Numbered from the stretch's first letter, positions 1 to 13,412 are shown. The stretch is 64,000 nucleotides of DNA from Eledone cirrhosa (GCA_964016885.1 OZ024740.1:69626001-69690000); one strand, 5' to 3'. Numbers and translations are program-made. The notes: generated by a model not told the origin, from the letters alone.

Positions 1-346
1 GGTGAGTCAGTGTGCGTGAAAGACCGATCGACATGTGCAAGATCATGATTGATCGCTTCCCAGTTTACATTATGAAGATCCATGGTGTCAAATGGATGAA
101 CTGGAGAGATGTCATTGGGTTTGCTTTTTGAACGCTGGACTCTCAGAGTCCACCTGAACTTCGTTCATCCATCTTTGCTGTCATATATATTTCGGTGATA
201 ACCATTATGCAACAGCTATGACTTCGTCAGATAGCTAGAATTTCAACAGAAAAACCATAACGATGGAATAAAGTTTACTTCTGTTATTTCTATTTTTTTT
301 TATACGCTCAGTGCTGAAGTTTGGTGTTGTTTTCCCAAAGCAAGGG

Positions 347-502
347 CGGTCAGAAAAGTTTTCAATAATGACCTAGGACAGTGGTTCTCGACCTGGATTG
401 AACAAAGATAGTAGTACACCTCTGTGAGTTTAAAATACTACTATATACTTATATATATATATATATATATATATATGGGGGGGGGGCGTGTATGTGCCTG
501 TG

Positions 503-540
<38 letters not shown>

Positions 541-935
541 ACATATGTATGAATGTATATTTATTCTCAATCTAATTTTACTCTTATTAATTTCAATCGC
601 AAGAAACGAAGAGGATTTTAACTTCCTATGAAGGGTAATGCGTACTTTGATATCTTACTGTTAAATACCATTCCGCTGGTTTCTTGCCAAAGAAGAGCTA
701 TCTCGTAGCTTGTAAAATGCTAGAAACAGCAGCCAGACAAACTTTTCTCCTTCCCATAAAACCGCTCTTTATTAATATTGTGCTACAATGAACAGTTTTC
801 TATAAAGAAAACAGAGGGTGGCCACGGTCAGAAAATTTTTCATTATTGATTCATTGGTTCAATAATGACCTAGGACAGTGATTCTCAACGTGAGGTACAC
901 AAAGATAGGATATTATTGTGAGTTTCACGTACTAT
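347..935. repeat. Diverged ~90-110 bp direct repeat pair (~347-440 and ~825-935) containing a hAT-type end motif cagtggttctc
   Basis: Both copies read cggtcagaaaa...ttcaataatgacctaggacagtgRttctc...caaagatag...tgtgagttt; spacing ~500 bp. Confidence 0.6.
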
Positions 936-1710
936 TAAATACATAATAACCATTCTTCTCTAAGTATACTCATTCCCTTTCTTTTAATTATTACAACAGT
1001 TAGACTGATTCATGACTCTCTGTTTTGAGGCTTTATATGTAAAACATATGCACACACATACAGGCTCCTATATTACACCACCACACAATACATCCACTCT
1101 CTCACACACACATACACATATGTGGGTGTTTGTTTATGTCTTTTTGTTTTAGTTTTAGTATGTGTGTGTTATATTGAAACCACAACTGTGATTCAGTTGA
1201 TAATAATATTTCAAATAATTCAGAATCAAAATAATCACTACAGAGGCGTTTTCGTCACTTAACACTGATCGTAAAGTTTCATGGGGTGATGGAATATCAT
1301 AGGCGCCTGATATAAACTTTCTCGGCTGTTTAAGCATGGAAATTATCATTGTTTCACACAATCTGTACAGGAGTATTAAAGTTTAGTTTGTGTTCTGATT
1401 TTAAAAGAGACTCTTGAATTTTTTGCCTTTTTTAGTGTAATTCTGTATGGAAATGTACTGTCATCTAATGTACTATATGGACATGAGATGCAAGGTTAAC
1501 AGGCAGGGAAGTACCATGGTTGTAAGATTGATGTAAAATACAGTGTATAGGAAAATATTACATAAGACTAGACTAGAGAATAAACAACAATTCAATGTAG
1601 AAATCGCACAAAACCGGCAAACAACTATGGAAGCTATAATAATACATACAGAATATATACACACTGCATAAACAGTATATTCATAGCCAGGCTCACACAC
1701 ACGTGCACAA

Positions 1711-1779
<69 letters not shown>

Positions 1780-2310
1780 TGCACGTGTGTGTGTGTGTAT
1801 GTGTATTTATACCGAAACAAAGCAGTGTACTAATGCAAATACACAGTCTGACATACTGATGAATATATATACTGACAAATTCTTCAATTGATTTCGTGAC
1901 GAAAATTTCATAGATATATTTCTACTTTAAAATTTTGATTTCTATTCAGTGTGGAGATATTAAAGTGGAAGTTAATGATAGTGCGGCAGGACGTGAGTCT
2001 GTGGACACACAATATGAAACTAATAACTGAAATTTTATGAATTCTATCCATGTGTGAAGCAGTGAAAATATAACAATTGCTCTGAAAGTTCAGCGTCTGA
2101 TGTCTTGAGTTTATTGTCGTCAGGATTCTAGTAAATATGAATTTCTACTGAGACATTCCTGACCTGGCTGACCGTATCTGAAAATAGTTAAGTATGGCAA
2201 CACACAAGTATGTGTAAGTGTAAATACGTCAAAGGCTATAGAAAGAGCATCTCTGTAAATCGAATCGATGTATGTAGTTGTTTTATGTCTGTATATATAT
2301 ATACGTGTAT

Positions 2311-2368
<58 letters not shown>

Positions 2369-3062
2369 GTATATATATTGTGAAAATGCTTAGAGGTCGG
2401 TATGTTCGGCTCCCGATCTTAAAATTGTGAGTTCTATTGCTTTACGTTAAACCAGTCTATTCATATAGGAAAAATGAATTAAAATTGTATTTCAAAGGGC
2501 CCCATGTGGTCCACACACTTCTTCCCTAGGCGTTGCTGTGCTTGAATAATGTTGGTGAAGAAGCTTTCATCCTATTGGTACAAACGTCATCAACAGTAGA
2601 TATGATGAAATCATCACACAGAGTCTTCATGATGATGATGATGATAATAGTCAGATGGGGCCAAATCAGGGGGATAGGGAGTGTAAGCAAACATTTCAAA
2701 GCCACAGTCACGTACATAACCCCGTACCAGTGGCGAATTCTGGTATACTTGGCTCTAGGACCACGTTCCTACTCACCACTATCGGTACAGAGGTGGCTGC
2801 CCGCAATTGTGAGCCGCGCGAGCTAGAATAGTTCTCCAAATCGTCTCCCTCACCATCCTCCGGGGAAACGCTTCTCTATTTTGTCCACCGAAACCGTGAC
2901 GCAGCCAGTGTTTGGGCTCCAATTTGCATATGATAGTGAGAGATGGAGAAAGCGAGAGAGACAGAGGCAGTGAGTGAAAGAGAGAGAACATCAATTCGCA
3001 TTTGATAGGTCATGCGTATAACTGGACTAAGATATATACCAATGAACAATGGTTACTTATAT

Positions 3063-3247
3063 AGACACAAGGCCATCAATTTTGTGGGAGGGGGAAGTCG
3101 ATTAAATCGACCCCAGTGCGTGACCGGTACTTTATTTTATCGACCCCTTAAGGATAAAAGGCAAAGTTAAACTCGGCGGGATTTGAACTCTATGCTGCAA
3201 AGTCTGGCGTCCGACCCTCTACCGATACTGCCAATCCACCGCCCTAA
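3063..3247 (-). mobile_element. tRNA-derived SINE (family A)
   Basis: Reverse complement has an A-box-like tggcagtatcgg, B-box gagttcaaatcc, central gccttttatccttaaggggtcgataaaataaagtacc and 3' ggccttgtgtc; matches six other copies in the window. Confidence 0.85.
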
Positions 3248-3653
3248 TACCGATAAACAATGATAGAAAAAATTACAATAATCATCAAAGGTTTCTCAAA
3301 ACCCCAAACTAATCTTCATTTCCCCTTCCCCCACAACCTCCCTCCCGTTCTTATTCATCCTCTCTCCCTCCATTGCCACCTCCTTCTTTCTTTTCATCCC
3401 AACTTCTTCTTCTTCTTCTTCTTCTTCTATTTCCCTTCCATCAACTTCACCTTCACTCCATCGCCTACTACACCTCAGCCTTGTCTATCTGTCCATCCCT
3501 TATTATCAATTCTCCCATCTTTAATCGCCCTTCCTAACACCCATTCCAAAGAATCCATAAATACTGAAGCTGCCAAAAATTATCTGAGTTTTCTGATAAT
3601 TTCTTACGAATGAATGTTCTATTCCTGTGGAAGTCATTTCTATAATAAAATCT

Positions 3654-3782
<129 letters not shown>

Positions 3783-3797
3783 TATATATATATATAT

Positions 3798-4503
3798 ATA
3801 TTCATTAGTTAAGCAAAGACAAGACCACAAATTTCACAAGAAAGACGTTATTTTAAGAAAGTCAACACAGTTTCAGTATATGTGAGGAATGGAGTAGCGA
3901 AACAATTGTAAACGGACATTGTATTGGCAGTATCGGTAGAGGGTCGGACGCCATGATTTGACGCATAGAGTTACGGCCCTTGCCATTCTGACTTCAAATC
4001 CCGCCGAGGTTAACTTTACCTTTCATCCTTACGGGTTCGACAAAATAAAGTACCAGTAATGCACTGTTAATTGCTGGCCTTGAGCCAAAAGTAGAAACAA
4101 TTATTATCATTCCTTACTATAATTACACTCATAATTAAACTATAATTACACTCCTTATTATTATAATCACACTTCTTCTTCTTATTATTATTATTATTAT
4201 TATTATTCCTTACATTAAATTATAATTACACTCCTTATTCCCCACATATACTGAAACTATGTTGACTTTCTTTAAATAACGTCTTCCTTGTGAAATTTGT
4301 GGTCTTGTCTTTGCTTAACTAATGAATATTTCCAGCTGTGTGCATTTAATCTCTGCATGAACCCAGCTATATAGCTGCCTTCCACTACTTATTGCATATT
4401 GAGCACATGCCTTTACGCTTTTGGCTTCTAACAAATTCACCAATCTCTCTTCTCCTCGCCTATATCCATCTCTCCCTTTAAGATTGGTTTACTCTTGAAC
4501 TGT
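3798..4503 (+). mobile_element. PLE terminal relic: inverted repeat arms 3798-3890 and ~4236-4330 plus tail, split by a SINE
   Basis: ttcattagttaagcaaagacaagaccacaaatttcacaag... is the reverse complement of ...cttgtgaaatttgtggtcttgtctttgcttaactaatgaa; the right arm carries an HHR 3' half (GAAAC tat GTT); (TA)n on both sides. Confidence 0.6.
3921..4106 (+). mobile_element. tRNA-derived SINE (family A)
   Basis: tggcagtatcggtagagggtcggacgccatg...cttcaaatcccgccgagg...ggccttgagccaaaagtagaaacaattatt. Confidence 0.85.
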
Positions 4504-4558
4504 CTATATATATATATATATATATAAATATATATATATATATGTCTCTGTGTGTGTG

Positions 4559-4590
<32 letters not shown>

Positions 4591-4600
4591 CATGTATATA

Positions 4601-4673
<73 letters not shown>

Positions 4674-5867
4674 GTACACATATATATATATATATGTAAA
4701 TATACAACAAATATCCAAGGGCTTATAGCATGTAGGTGGTAGATTTCTCTCAAAGACATTTTATAGAAAACACGACTGTTGTCCAGTTTGATTATTTTCT
4801 TGAATGATTTTGTGCATTATAATAATAGTTCTATATGCTTAGTTTGAAACAGCAACGTTCAAACAGCACTGTTGAAAACCGCCTAAGATGCGGACATAGA
4901 GTATATATTTTTAATTATGTGAACACGATCATTAATTATTTATTCAATTTTAAATATTGAAGGTCAGATGAATATAGAACATTTAATAGTAGTTTCAATG
5001 GAGACAGTGGCTGTAATATGGTATAAACGTCAAATCCAAGAGGGAAATCAGAATAAAAACACATACACACATGCACGTACAAACAAACACACACGCGTGT
5101 AAACACACATGCGCACGCACACACACGCACACATACACGCAGGCGCACACACACACACACCCACACACAAACACATATATATATATATATATACACACAC
5201 ACAAATATATATATATATATTTTAAAGAATCCCCTTTCTTTAAATCCATCAACCAATTACCTCCAGCCATCCCAATCACCACTCTCGCCTACGATCAGAA
5301 AATGTATAAATACCACCATATTACATTACCAGCCGGCTTCCTGATGATTTCTCCCGTATGAAACAGTTGTAGTCCTGTAGAGGCCTTTTCTATATTAAAT
5401 ATATATATATATAGGATAGCAAAGTATTGTTTCAGGCAGGGTTTCCCAACCTGGGCGATTTCAAATATTGGGTGGGCGATGAACGAATTTTTAGGAAATG
5501 GTGGGCGATCTAAAATTTTGGTGGGCGACAACGGATTTTCGGTAATTAAGTATCTTATTGATCATATAATGGCCGGTATGCTCGGATTCGATCTTCCGTA
5601 GTCTAGACTAAGGAAGTAGTATTTAGCTGTATGACTGTAATACATGTGTTCAACTGATTCATGTCTAGCAGTTTACAACTGCCGAACACCTCACATGGAC
5701 AGCTCGCATTGGACGCGCACACATCCGCGTGCATCGGTAAACTAAAACAGGTGATGACGCAAGACCAACGGCAAAACGTGTTAACACTACTGTAGTCGCG
5801 CATCGTGCATTTCTGCCTTCGCCGATTCTGCCTATATGAATTCTTTCTTCGAATTTTTACTTCCCTG

Positions 5868-7776
5868 ATGCCTCCAGTAAAGAAAACTTGTCGCCAGTAC
5901 AGCATTGATTATTTATCATATGGATTTATTGCTTCTCCTCAGAACTGTCAATTACCCATGTGTCTTCTATGCCAGCAAACTTTGAGCAATGAAGCCATGA
6001 AATATCATTTTGATATCACTTTGAAATATCATTTTGATTCCAAGCATTCTGACAAAAAAGACAAACCGTTGTCATATTTTTTGCAACTTAAGGCCTCTTT
6101 CGAAAAGCGGAAAACACTGAACACGATGTTTATGGAAGCAACTGTACAGGAAAATGACGGTATGATTGCGTCGTACAATATTGCATTACTGGTCGCAAAG
6201 ACCGGAAAGTCCCACACTATAGGAGAAACATTGCTTCGACCTGTTATTGAAGAAGTTCTGTCGACTGTAATGCACGAGAAGTCTGACGCAATTATCAAGA
6301 AAATTTCACTTAGTAACAATACAATTTCTCGACGAATAGATGAAATGGCGACCGATGTCAAACATCAACTCATTCAAATTCTCCAGTGTTCTGAATTTTC
6401 TATACAAGTGGATGAGTCAAACGTTATAGATAACCAATGTTTGATGATGGTTTATGTTCGATATTTCAATGAATACCTTCAACCTTGTGAGGAAATGCTG
6501 TTCACGGAGAACTTCCTGCTTGATTCAAAAGGTACATCTATTTTCGATATGCTTAAGCGTTTCCTTTCTGAACATCATATCCCACTGACCAGGGTCGGAC
6601 GCCATGCTTTCCAGCATAGTTACGATCTGAGTTCAAATCCCGCCGAGGTTGACTTTGCCTTTCATCCTTACGGGGTCGATAAAATAAAGTACCAGTAATT
6701 CACTCTGGGTAATGTGCCTAAAGTAGAAATAATTATTGCTTGTGCTTCTGATGAGGCCCCTTCCATGGCTGGAAGATACAGAAGTTTTTCATCTCTCCTA
6801 AAGCGTGAAATTTCTCAACAGATTTTAACAGTTTATTGTGTGATACACCGACAACATTTAGTGGTAAAAAATATCAATGGTAAGTTGAATGATGCGCTGC
6901 AGTTTGTTATCAAGACTGTGAATAAATTGAAATCAAATTCCTTGTCTGATCGAATTTTCAGTCAACTGTGTCTCGATAATGATGATTACTATGTTAGGCT
7001 TTTGTACCATACCGAAGTACGATTGCTGTCAAAGGGCAACTGTGTTGTTCGCTTTGTTGAACTGTTTCATGTGATCATATCTTTCTTTAAAAGTACTCCT
7101 CTGTCGGCTTCATTGATTGCTGCAAAGCGCGATATTTTTTTTCTGGGCGATATATTCACTAAACTTAATTATTTGATTAAGTTGTTACAAGGAAAGTAAA
7201 AACTCTTGTCGACTGTAAATCATTTATCACAGCCTTCATTTCGAAATTGGTCCTGTATAAAATAAACATTTCCAAACGTCAATTGCATCAATTTCCACAA
7301 CTGGATTCTTTGAAAGATGAATTGGTTGACGAGGATACCGTTACCTATCGTGACTATCTACAATCATTGCATGATGCATGGTGGGGCGATTTTAAGATAT
7401 TATTACATTGAATATTCCAAATTGGTATAGCAATCCGTTTGAAGTCCAAGCACTCTATTGCGAGGAGCTAATTGAATTGCAAAATGATAATGAGGTCACA
7501 ATGCGATATCGGCTTCATGGCAAGGAAGGCTTGTGGTATCATCAAAGTATATTGAATTCTTACCCCAACCTATGGAAGCATTTGAAATTAATTTTGCTTG
7601 CCTTCCCGACGTCGTACTTGGTCGAATCTGGTTTCAGTGACGTTGGTACTTTACTTTCTAAAAGTAAATGTGGACTCGATGTAGCCAAACGGGGAGACTT
7701 GCGATTAAAATTGACAAGTTTGCAACCAAATGTGTCTGCACCAGCTGCGTCGCATCAGCCTCAGGTATTACACTGA
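5868..7776 (+). pseudogene. Buster-type hAT transposase, broken by a SINE and frameshifts
   Basis: BED-finger-like RQYSIDYLSYGF..PMCLLC, KSHTIGETLL, LSNNTISRRI, FSIQVDES, CASDEAPSM, CVIHRQHL, HTEVRLLSKG, FPTSYLVESGFS, RGDLRLKLT. Confidence 0.9.
6591..6735 (+). mobile_element. 5'-truncated family A SINE inside the transposase
   Basis: agggtcggacgccatgc...gagttcaaatcccgccgagg...gtgcctaaagtagaaataattatt lies between transposase codons HHIPLT and IIACASD. Confidence 0.9.
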
Positions 7777-8476
7777 AAACTAAACATGGTGAGTTTGTTG
7801 AACATTTTTCAATTTTGTTTCATTGAGAAACATTTAGGAATCAAAAACTTCATTCTTCTGAATAACGTTTCAACTCCGATATATATTTCATTTTTTAAAC
7901 AAACGTTCTGAATAATGCTTTATTTTTGCGTCCTTAAAATGACTGCACAGGTGGGTGATGGGAATTTTTGTGTGGAAAAGTGTGCGATAACGTCAAAAAG
8001 GTTGCGAACGCCTGGTTTAAGGTAATGCTGTAAATAAACCCTTTTGTACAGACGACCGTGTTATTCCTCATATATATATATATATATATATATACATACA
8101 TAAAAGGTATATATTGAGTTAGACACTCAAAATAGTCTCTTACAATTAAATAGCTCAAAGAAAGATGTTTTTCTGAGCCGGGTAATATAATTGAATATAA
8201 AATCGATTTCTTGGTTAAATTTTAATGTGTTATTTTTCATTAAATTTCTATATTTATTGTATTTGAATAAAATGTTGGCTGTGGTGTATTGCCCATCTCG
8301 CATATGTTACACTACCTCAAGTACCCAGTTTCACCTGAGCAATCAAATGATAAGGGACGACCAGTAGAAGACCAAGCAATTGATTTTGATGCGTTATCTG
8401 GTTAACAGTATGAGACGAGACCATATTGTGTGTGGGGGGTGCGTGCGTGTGTGAGTGTGTATGTTGCAAAACAACA

Positions 8477-8790
8477 GTCAAAAATATTCCAGAGACACCA
8501 GATCCTTCGTTTTATCGTTCGTCGATAGAACAAGATTTTTAGGTATTCCCATACATGATCTGCCTGCTGTACATATAAGTAGATTTCCAAAACCTGATTC
8601 TCTCATATTCAATTCTACAACTTTGAGACTCTGACCCTGAGCGTTATTTATCGTCATAGCAAAACTGACTCTAACATGGAACTGAAGTCTTGAGAATTTT
8701 AAAGGCAGCTCAGTAGAGAAAGGGATAAGAAGCATCTTGGGAATAAACGCATTTTTTCCTTGATGATTGATGGCCTCCAACTATAGGGGC
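8477..8790 (-). mobile_element. Helitron Rep-Hel fragment (Pif1 helicase C-terminus)
   Basis: FIPKMLLIP..LPLKFSRLQFHVRVSFAMTINNAQGQSLKVV matches the Pif1/Helitron motif F.R.QFP...FAMTINKSQGQSL. Confidence 0.85.
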
Positions 8791-10437
8791 CTCTAGCAGA
8801 TGATTCATCATCCGCCTGACATTCATTGACCTGGTGGGTCCATATTTCTCAAAAGGGTGGTGTGAGTCCCAATCGTTTATAATATATATATAGATAAAGA
8901 TAATTATATATAAATGTGTGTGAGTGTGTGTGTGTGTGTGTGCGTGTGTCTGTGTGTGTACGTGTGTGCATGTGTGAGTAAACCAGCGTTTGAATCCACG
9001 TAGACGCTGGCCGCGAAAAACGAGCGTCGCTGAAAACATAGAGTGGATCCCTTATGTTTGTCTTCCAACCTGCTAGAAATAGCAGACGCGTTGTTTAGCA
9101 TGATTTTCTTCTTTGATGTAGTAAAATAAGTATCAATAAACCTTTCCGGGTATACCTTTTTTCAATTGGTGTACTTATTATTCGAATGTGAGTTTCCCTT
9201 TTTATCTAATGCCCCAACAAACATCTCTCTATTATACTATATATAGATTACATAATTATGTTATTAGTCGCTGAATCTTTAGAACGTCAGATAGAACGCT
9301 TTAATGTATTAATTTTGATTCTGTGATCAGAATTTAAATCTCGCTTCGGTTAGATTTACCTTTGATCTTTTCGAAATCAATAAATAAAGAGCTATTCTAG
9401 TCGATTCTTTTTCTATATCGCTTTCCTTCATGGTCTCTTTCTCTAGAAAAAATTGACTCTGTTCAGACTTGGAGAGGATTAAGTCCCGCCTCGATTTAAA
9501 TTGCCCAAGGCCGCATCCCTATGACTCCATCATGAGTTAAGTGACCATGGAAAATAAAAACAAATACATGGGGCTTTTCCTCATAACCTCTTCTCCTAGC
9601 TAGATATCTGAATAATTTTGCTGTGACATTTTTACTGTGATTTTATTGAAAGTTGAGTGAAAGTATTTAAAGTAACCTTATTTCAGGAATGGAGATAGCG
9701 TCATTAGAACATTCAGTTAAGTGATTTAAAGAAACGCTATTTCAATACCAGATACAGTATTTAAAGAATCACTATTTCAAACGCAGAAGCACCTTTATTC
9801 GTCGTATCTTTGAAAATAGAGCGAACGGACTTAAAGATAATTATTTCAATACAGAACATGGTGTTATTTAACGTTCTCTTAAAACTAAAGTATAGGGATT
9901 TGCCGAAACAGTATTGAAATATCGGACGTATCATCCTCCTGTATGTAAAGAAACACTCAAAATTGGGATGTCCATATAGGAAAAATACATTGGTATCCAA
10001 CTGCGGTACGCTTAGAGACTGACGAGTTCACTAGTTTTTATTTGACTCTCACTTCTGGCTTTGGGACGTTTTTCAGCCACACCCTGGTAAGTAATTTTAC
10101 TGGCACGCTTAACATAAGGAGGAACTAGACGAATAAGGAGGAGATGGGTACCGCCAGACATTAATACGGCACACTGAAATGCCATGATGGACACACAGTC
10201 AAACGTCTAAAATGGCACCACAAGAACTTGTAGTGGCTTCATTGATTCATTGATATTCGATCTCCAAAATATCAGAGCCGTCTTTGTCACTAGCTTGTCT
10301 ATGAAACGAATGTGGTAGTGTAATTTTGAAAAATGTTTTGCTCAAGGGATGTATGGCCTGATAGACAATGACTTCTACAATGTGTGCATGAGCATGTGTT
10401 TATGTATGTGGGGTGTGCATGTGTTGGGAACCCTCAC

Positions 10438-10660
10438 AGCTTAATGGTTAGAGGGTTCGTAAGTTCAATTTCCTGCAGGACGCTTTGCCCTCGGGCAAGA
10501 CACATTATTTTGCGTTGTCCCAGTCCACTCAGCTGGCAATAATGAGCTGTATCTCAATTTAAAAAGTCACATTTTTCATACACACAGTGTCACACCGAAT
10601 TTCTCTGAAAATCACGTTAAATGTATTCTTGTCTCTGGAATGCTTAGTAACTTATTTTAT
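10438..10660 (+). mobile_element. Degenerate second tRNA-derived SINE family
   Basis: ttaatggttagag...gtaagttcaatt head, then gggcaagacac...ccagtccactcagctggcaataatgag; a related decayed copy lies at ~2390-2540. Confidence 0.5.
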
Positions 10661-11185
10661 TTTACTGGTAGGCTGTTCTGTTGTTCGAACAACGGAAGTC
10701 CAATATATGTGTGATTTGATGTTTAGACCTGTGGTAAGTGAACTGTTACGTATGTGAGTTTTACAATATTTAATGACTGCCTTGTTAAGTACCCAAAATA
10801 GCAATAAATGTACGAAGTAGAAAAAAGAACAAAAGCCATAATTTAGAGAAATATATACAGTCTCTCCGCTCTTTAGGCGAAGATGCGTGCGTGAACGAGG
10901 TGCGTAAATCAAATTCGCGTAATTCAAGTCTAATGCTCCCATTTAGATTTATGGAAATGCAACTCTAATATATATTATATTATTACTTCTGATGATTTCC
11001 TTTGTCAATTCTAATGTTAAATTACATTTCTGATAATTAAAATAATTAAAACCCACACGCGTTATAGCGTGTTATTCGCACAAAATGACTATTTAATTAT
11101 ATTTTTTCAAGGGACGTTAAAGCGAATTCGCGTGATTCAAGTTGGAGTAAAGAGCAAGCAGACTGTATATATATATATACATATA

Positions 11186-11249
<64 letters not shown>

Positions 11250-11258
<9 letters not shown>

Positions 11259-12790
11259 AGATCAAAAGATGGTTAAAAGAGTTCCATGTATTTTATTATG
11301 CGCATTTCAAAAACAAATATCATCATGCAATAACATTTGTGTTTTCATCAGATAAAATAGGAAGACATGATATGAAGGTTAAAAAACACTTGTGAATAGT
11401 GCAGTTTTAAATCAACATATGAAAAGTAGTTTTAGATTGATGTGTGATATTGGGAAAAAAGATTTTTTGAGGGGGGTGGGGTGGAAAGGCTGAAAAAGAG
11501 GAGGAGATGAGAGTAAAAAGTGGAGGGGGGGAGTATAATGAGTAAGGATGAGATAGGAGGAGAGATGGGTGATAGAGAGAGAGAGATAGCTTTTATAACT
11601 GAGAAAAATATATTGTTTTACATAGAGAGGTTGAAAAACCGTTGGAAGATAATATATAAATTAAAAGAATTTGAAAATTAACGATGAGAAAAATAATGTT
11701 AAGTTAAGGTTTGTATATTGAAGGGTTTAATAATATGTGCGATGAAAAGAAATTGTTAATATGTATTACGAATAATATTTAAGGGTTTAATAATATGTGC
11801 GATGGAAAGAAAATGTTGATATGTATTATTAAAAAAAGCAATAGTAAGTAAGGATATATTGTGAAAGAAGTAAAAGATAGGATGAATAAGTTAGATGAAA
11901 GGGAGAAAAAATAATGAATTGAGGATGAATAATCTAACGTCAAAAAATGTTTATGTTTACGAAGGATTTTTTTTCAAGGTGAAATAAAGTAAGAATATAT
12001 TGTACTGTGTAATAATTGTTTCTATGTTTGGCACAATGAGAAAAGGTACAGATTAGGGGTTAGAAATTAAAAGAAAAAGGAAAAGAAAAGGAAAAACAAG
12101 AAAGGGAAGTGATAAATAGGAGTGATATAGAATGAGTAACTAGTATTATATAATGTATGATAAATAACTTTGAAATAAGGTAGAAAGATGGGTATATTTT
12201 TAAAGAGGTATATATAAATAAATAAGTGCCTTTGAGAAAAGGAATTTAAATTGATAAAGTATTATATATTAGCTGTATACTTTATGGAATGTTCTGTGGA
12301 ATTTATGCAAGCAGAGAGAAAACAAGTCAGTGCGTCTATTTATTATAGAATCTAAATTAGACATAATGGTAAATTTTTCATTTAAACAGAGATTGCAAGT
12401 CTTGGATAGAGAACTGTTCAAGTATGTAGAAGCAGAAGAAACCTTTTTCCAAGAGATGTTATATTTAATATTTTTGTCTTTCAAGGACCATATGAGTTCT
12501 GAGAGTGCCGTGTTGGTTCTTTTAAGTTGGTATTTAAAAGACGAATGATGATTATAAAGACGAGCTTTAAAGGAGGTGGAAGTGGAGCCAAAATAGGTGA
12601 AGGAATTGGTGTCAGTTATAACTTTACATTCGTAGATTAAGTTTTTTTCAAGACAATGGTTGTTGAGAGGACATTTATTTTAACCATCTTTTGATCTTAT
12701 ATAATATGTATATTCCAGTCCTACAAACTGTAGAGTGCTTCTTATCCGATATCTGCATTGCTTTATTGTACTACAATAAAACTCACCTCC

Positions 12791-12792
<2 letters not shown>
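11250..12792 (-). mobile_element. 5'-truncated PLE (Naiad-like) with GIY-YIG end, long 3' UTR, HHR and short inverted terminal copy
   Basis: 12269-12677 reads KCPLNNHCLEKNLIYECKV...TYFGSTSTSFKARLYNHHSSF...LSELIWSLK...CNLCLNEKFTI...NRRTDLFSLCLH; 11253-11278 is inverted at 12678-12703; (TA)n on both flanks. Confidence 0.85.
11290..11358 (-). ncRNA. Type I minimal hammerhead ribozyme
   Basis: attttat CTGATGA aaacacaaatgttatt..gatgatatttgttttt GAAA tgcgc ATA ataaaat: 7-bp stem I, long stem II, palindromic stem III (atgcgcat), intact core. Confidence 0.8.
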
Positions 12793-12818
<26 letters not shown>

Positions 12819-12830
<12 letters not shown>

Positions 12831-13408
12831 AAGAATCAAAGAACTGTTCAAAACATTATTGTGCTTACAGCTGTTTCCTCCAAACCGAGGTTTGGATTCT
12901 TCGGAGCAATTTATTAATGCATGGACAGTTATATGACCTCCTTTTCAGCCGGGAGACATACCAATACATATTCAAACATTGATACATATTCAAACATTGT
13001 GGGTCAACATTCATTACAGAATTTAGAGTGGCAGTACACACTCTAAATTCTGTAATGAATGTTGACCCACAATGTTTGAATATGTATCAATGTTTGAATA
13101 TGTATTGGTATGTCTCCCGGCTGAAAAGGAGGTCATATAACTGTCCATGCATTAATAAATTGCTCCGAAGAATCCAAACCTCGGTTTGGAGGAAACAGCT
13201 GTAAGCACAATAATGTTTTGAACAGTTCTTTGATTCTTATATTTCATATAACTGCTCTGTAAATCATCTGATGTTTTTACATTGAGCTACTTAACTTACT
13301 GGTAATAAGGTAGTAATACATTACTGCCTACCACTATTTAGGGTGTGTGTAAAATACTTACAACTGCTTAAGGTTTTGTGTTTACATAACCATAAATAGT
13401 ATAACTAA

Positions 13409-13412
<4 letters not shown>
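12819..13412 (+). mobile_element. Non-coding PLE end: perfect palindrome (arms 12819-13030 and 13039-13250) plus 160-bp tail
   Basis: 212-bp arms appear exactly complementary around an 8-nt loop gcagtaca; each arm contains an HHR motif; (TA)n on both flanks. Confidence 0.8.
13161..13207 (+). ncRNA. Minimal hammerhead ribozyme, CCGAAGA core variant (mirror copy 12862-12908 on minus)
   Basis: tgct CCGAAGA a tccaaacc tc ggtttgga g GAAAC agct GTA agca. Confidence 0.7.

Larger units (their letters stand above)
5437..8014 (+). mobile_element. hAT superfamily (Buster/Charlie-type) DNA transposon, full length but disrupted
   Basis: TIRs cagggtttcccaacc (5437) and ggttgcgaacgcctg (ends 8014), 12/15 complementary; 8-bp TSD gtttcagg/gtttaagg (7/8, central TA typical of Buster); internal transposase. 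Confidence 0.92.

Noticed and set aside
3921-4010. tRNA gene
   Set aside because: A and B boxes are present but there is no cloverleaf, and the sequence continues into a SINE body
10071-10093. Microexon-like tttcag|ccacaccctg|gtaagt (similar motif at 50151-50200)
   Set aside because: Splice-like motifs are expected by chance, and there is no supporting gene context
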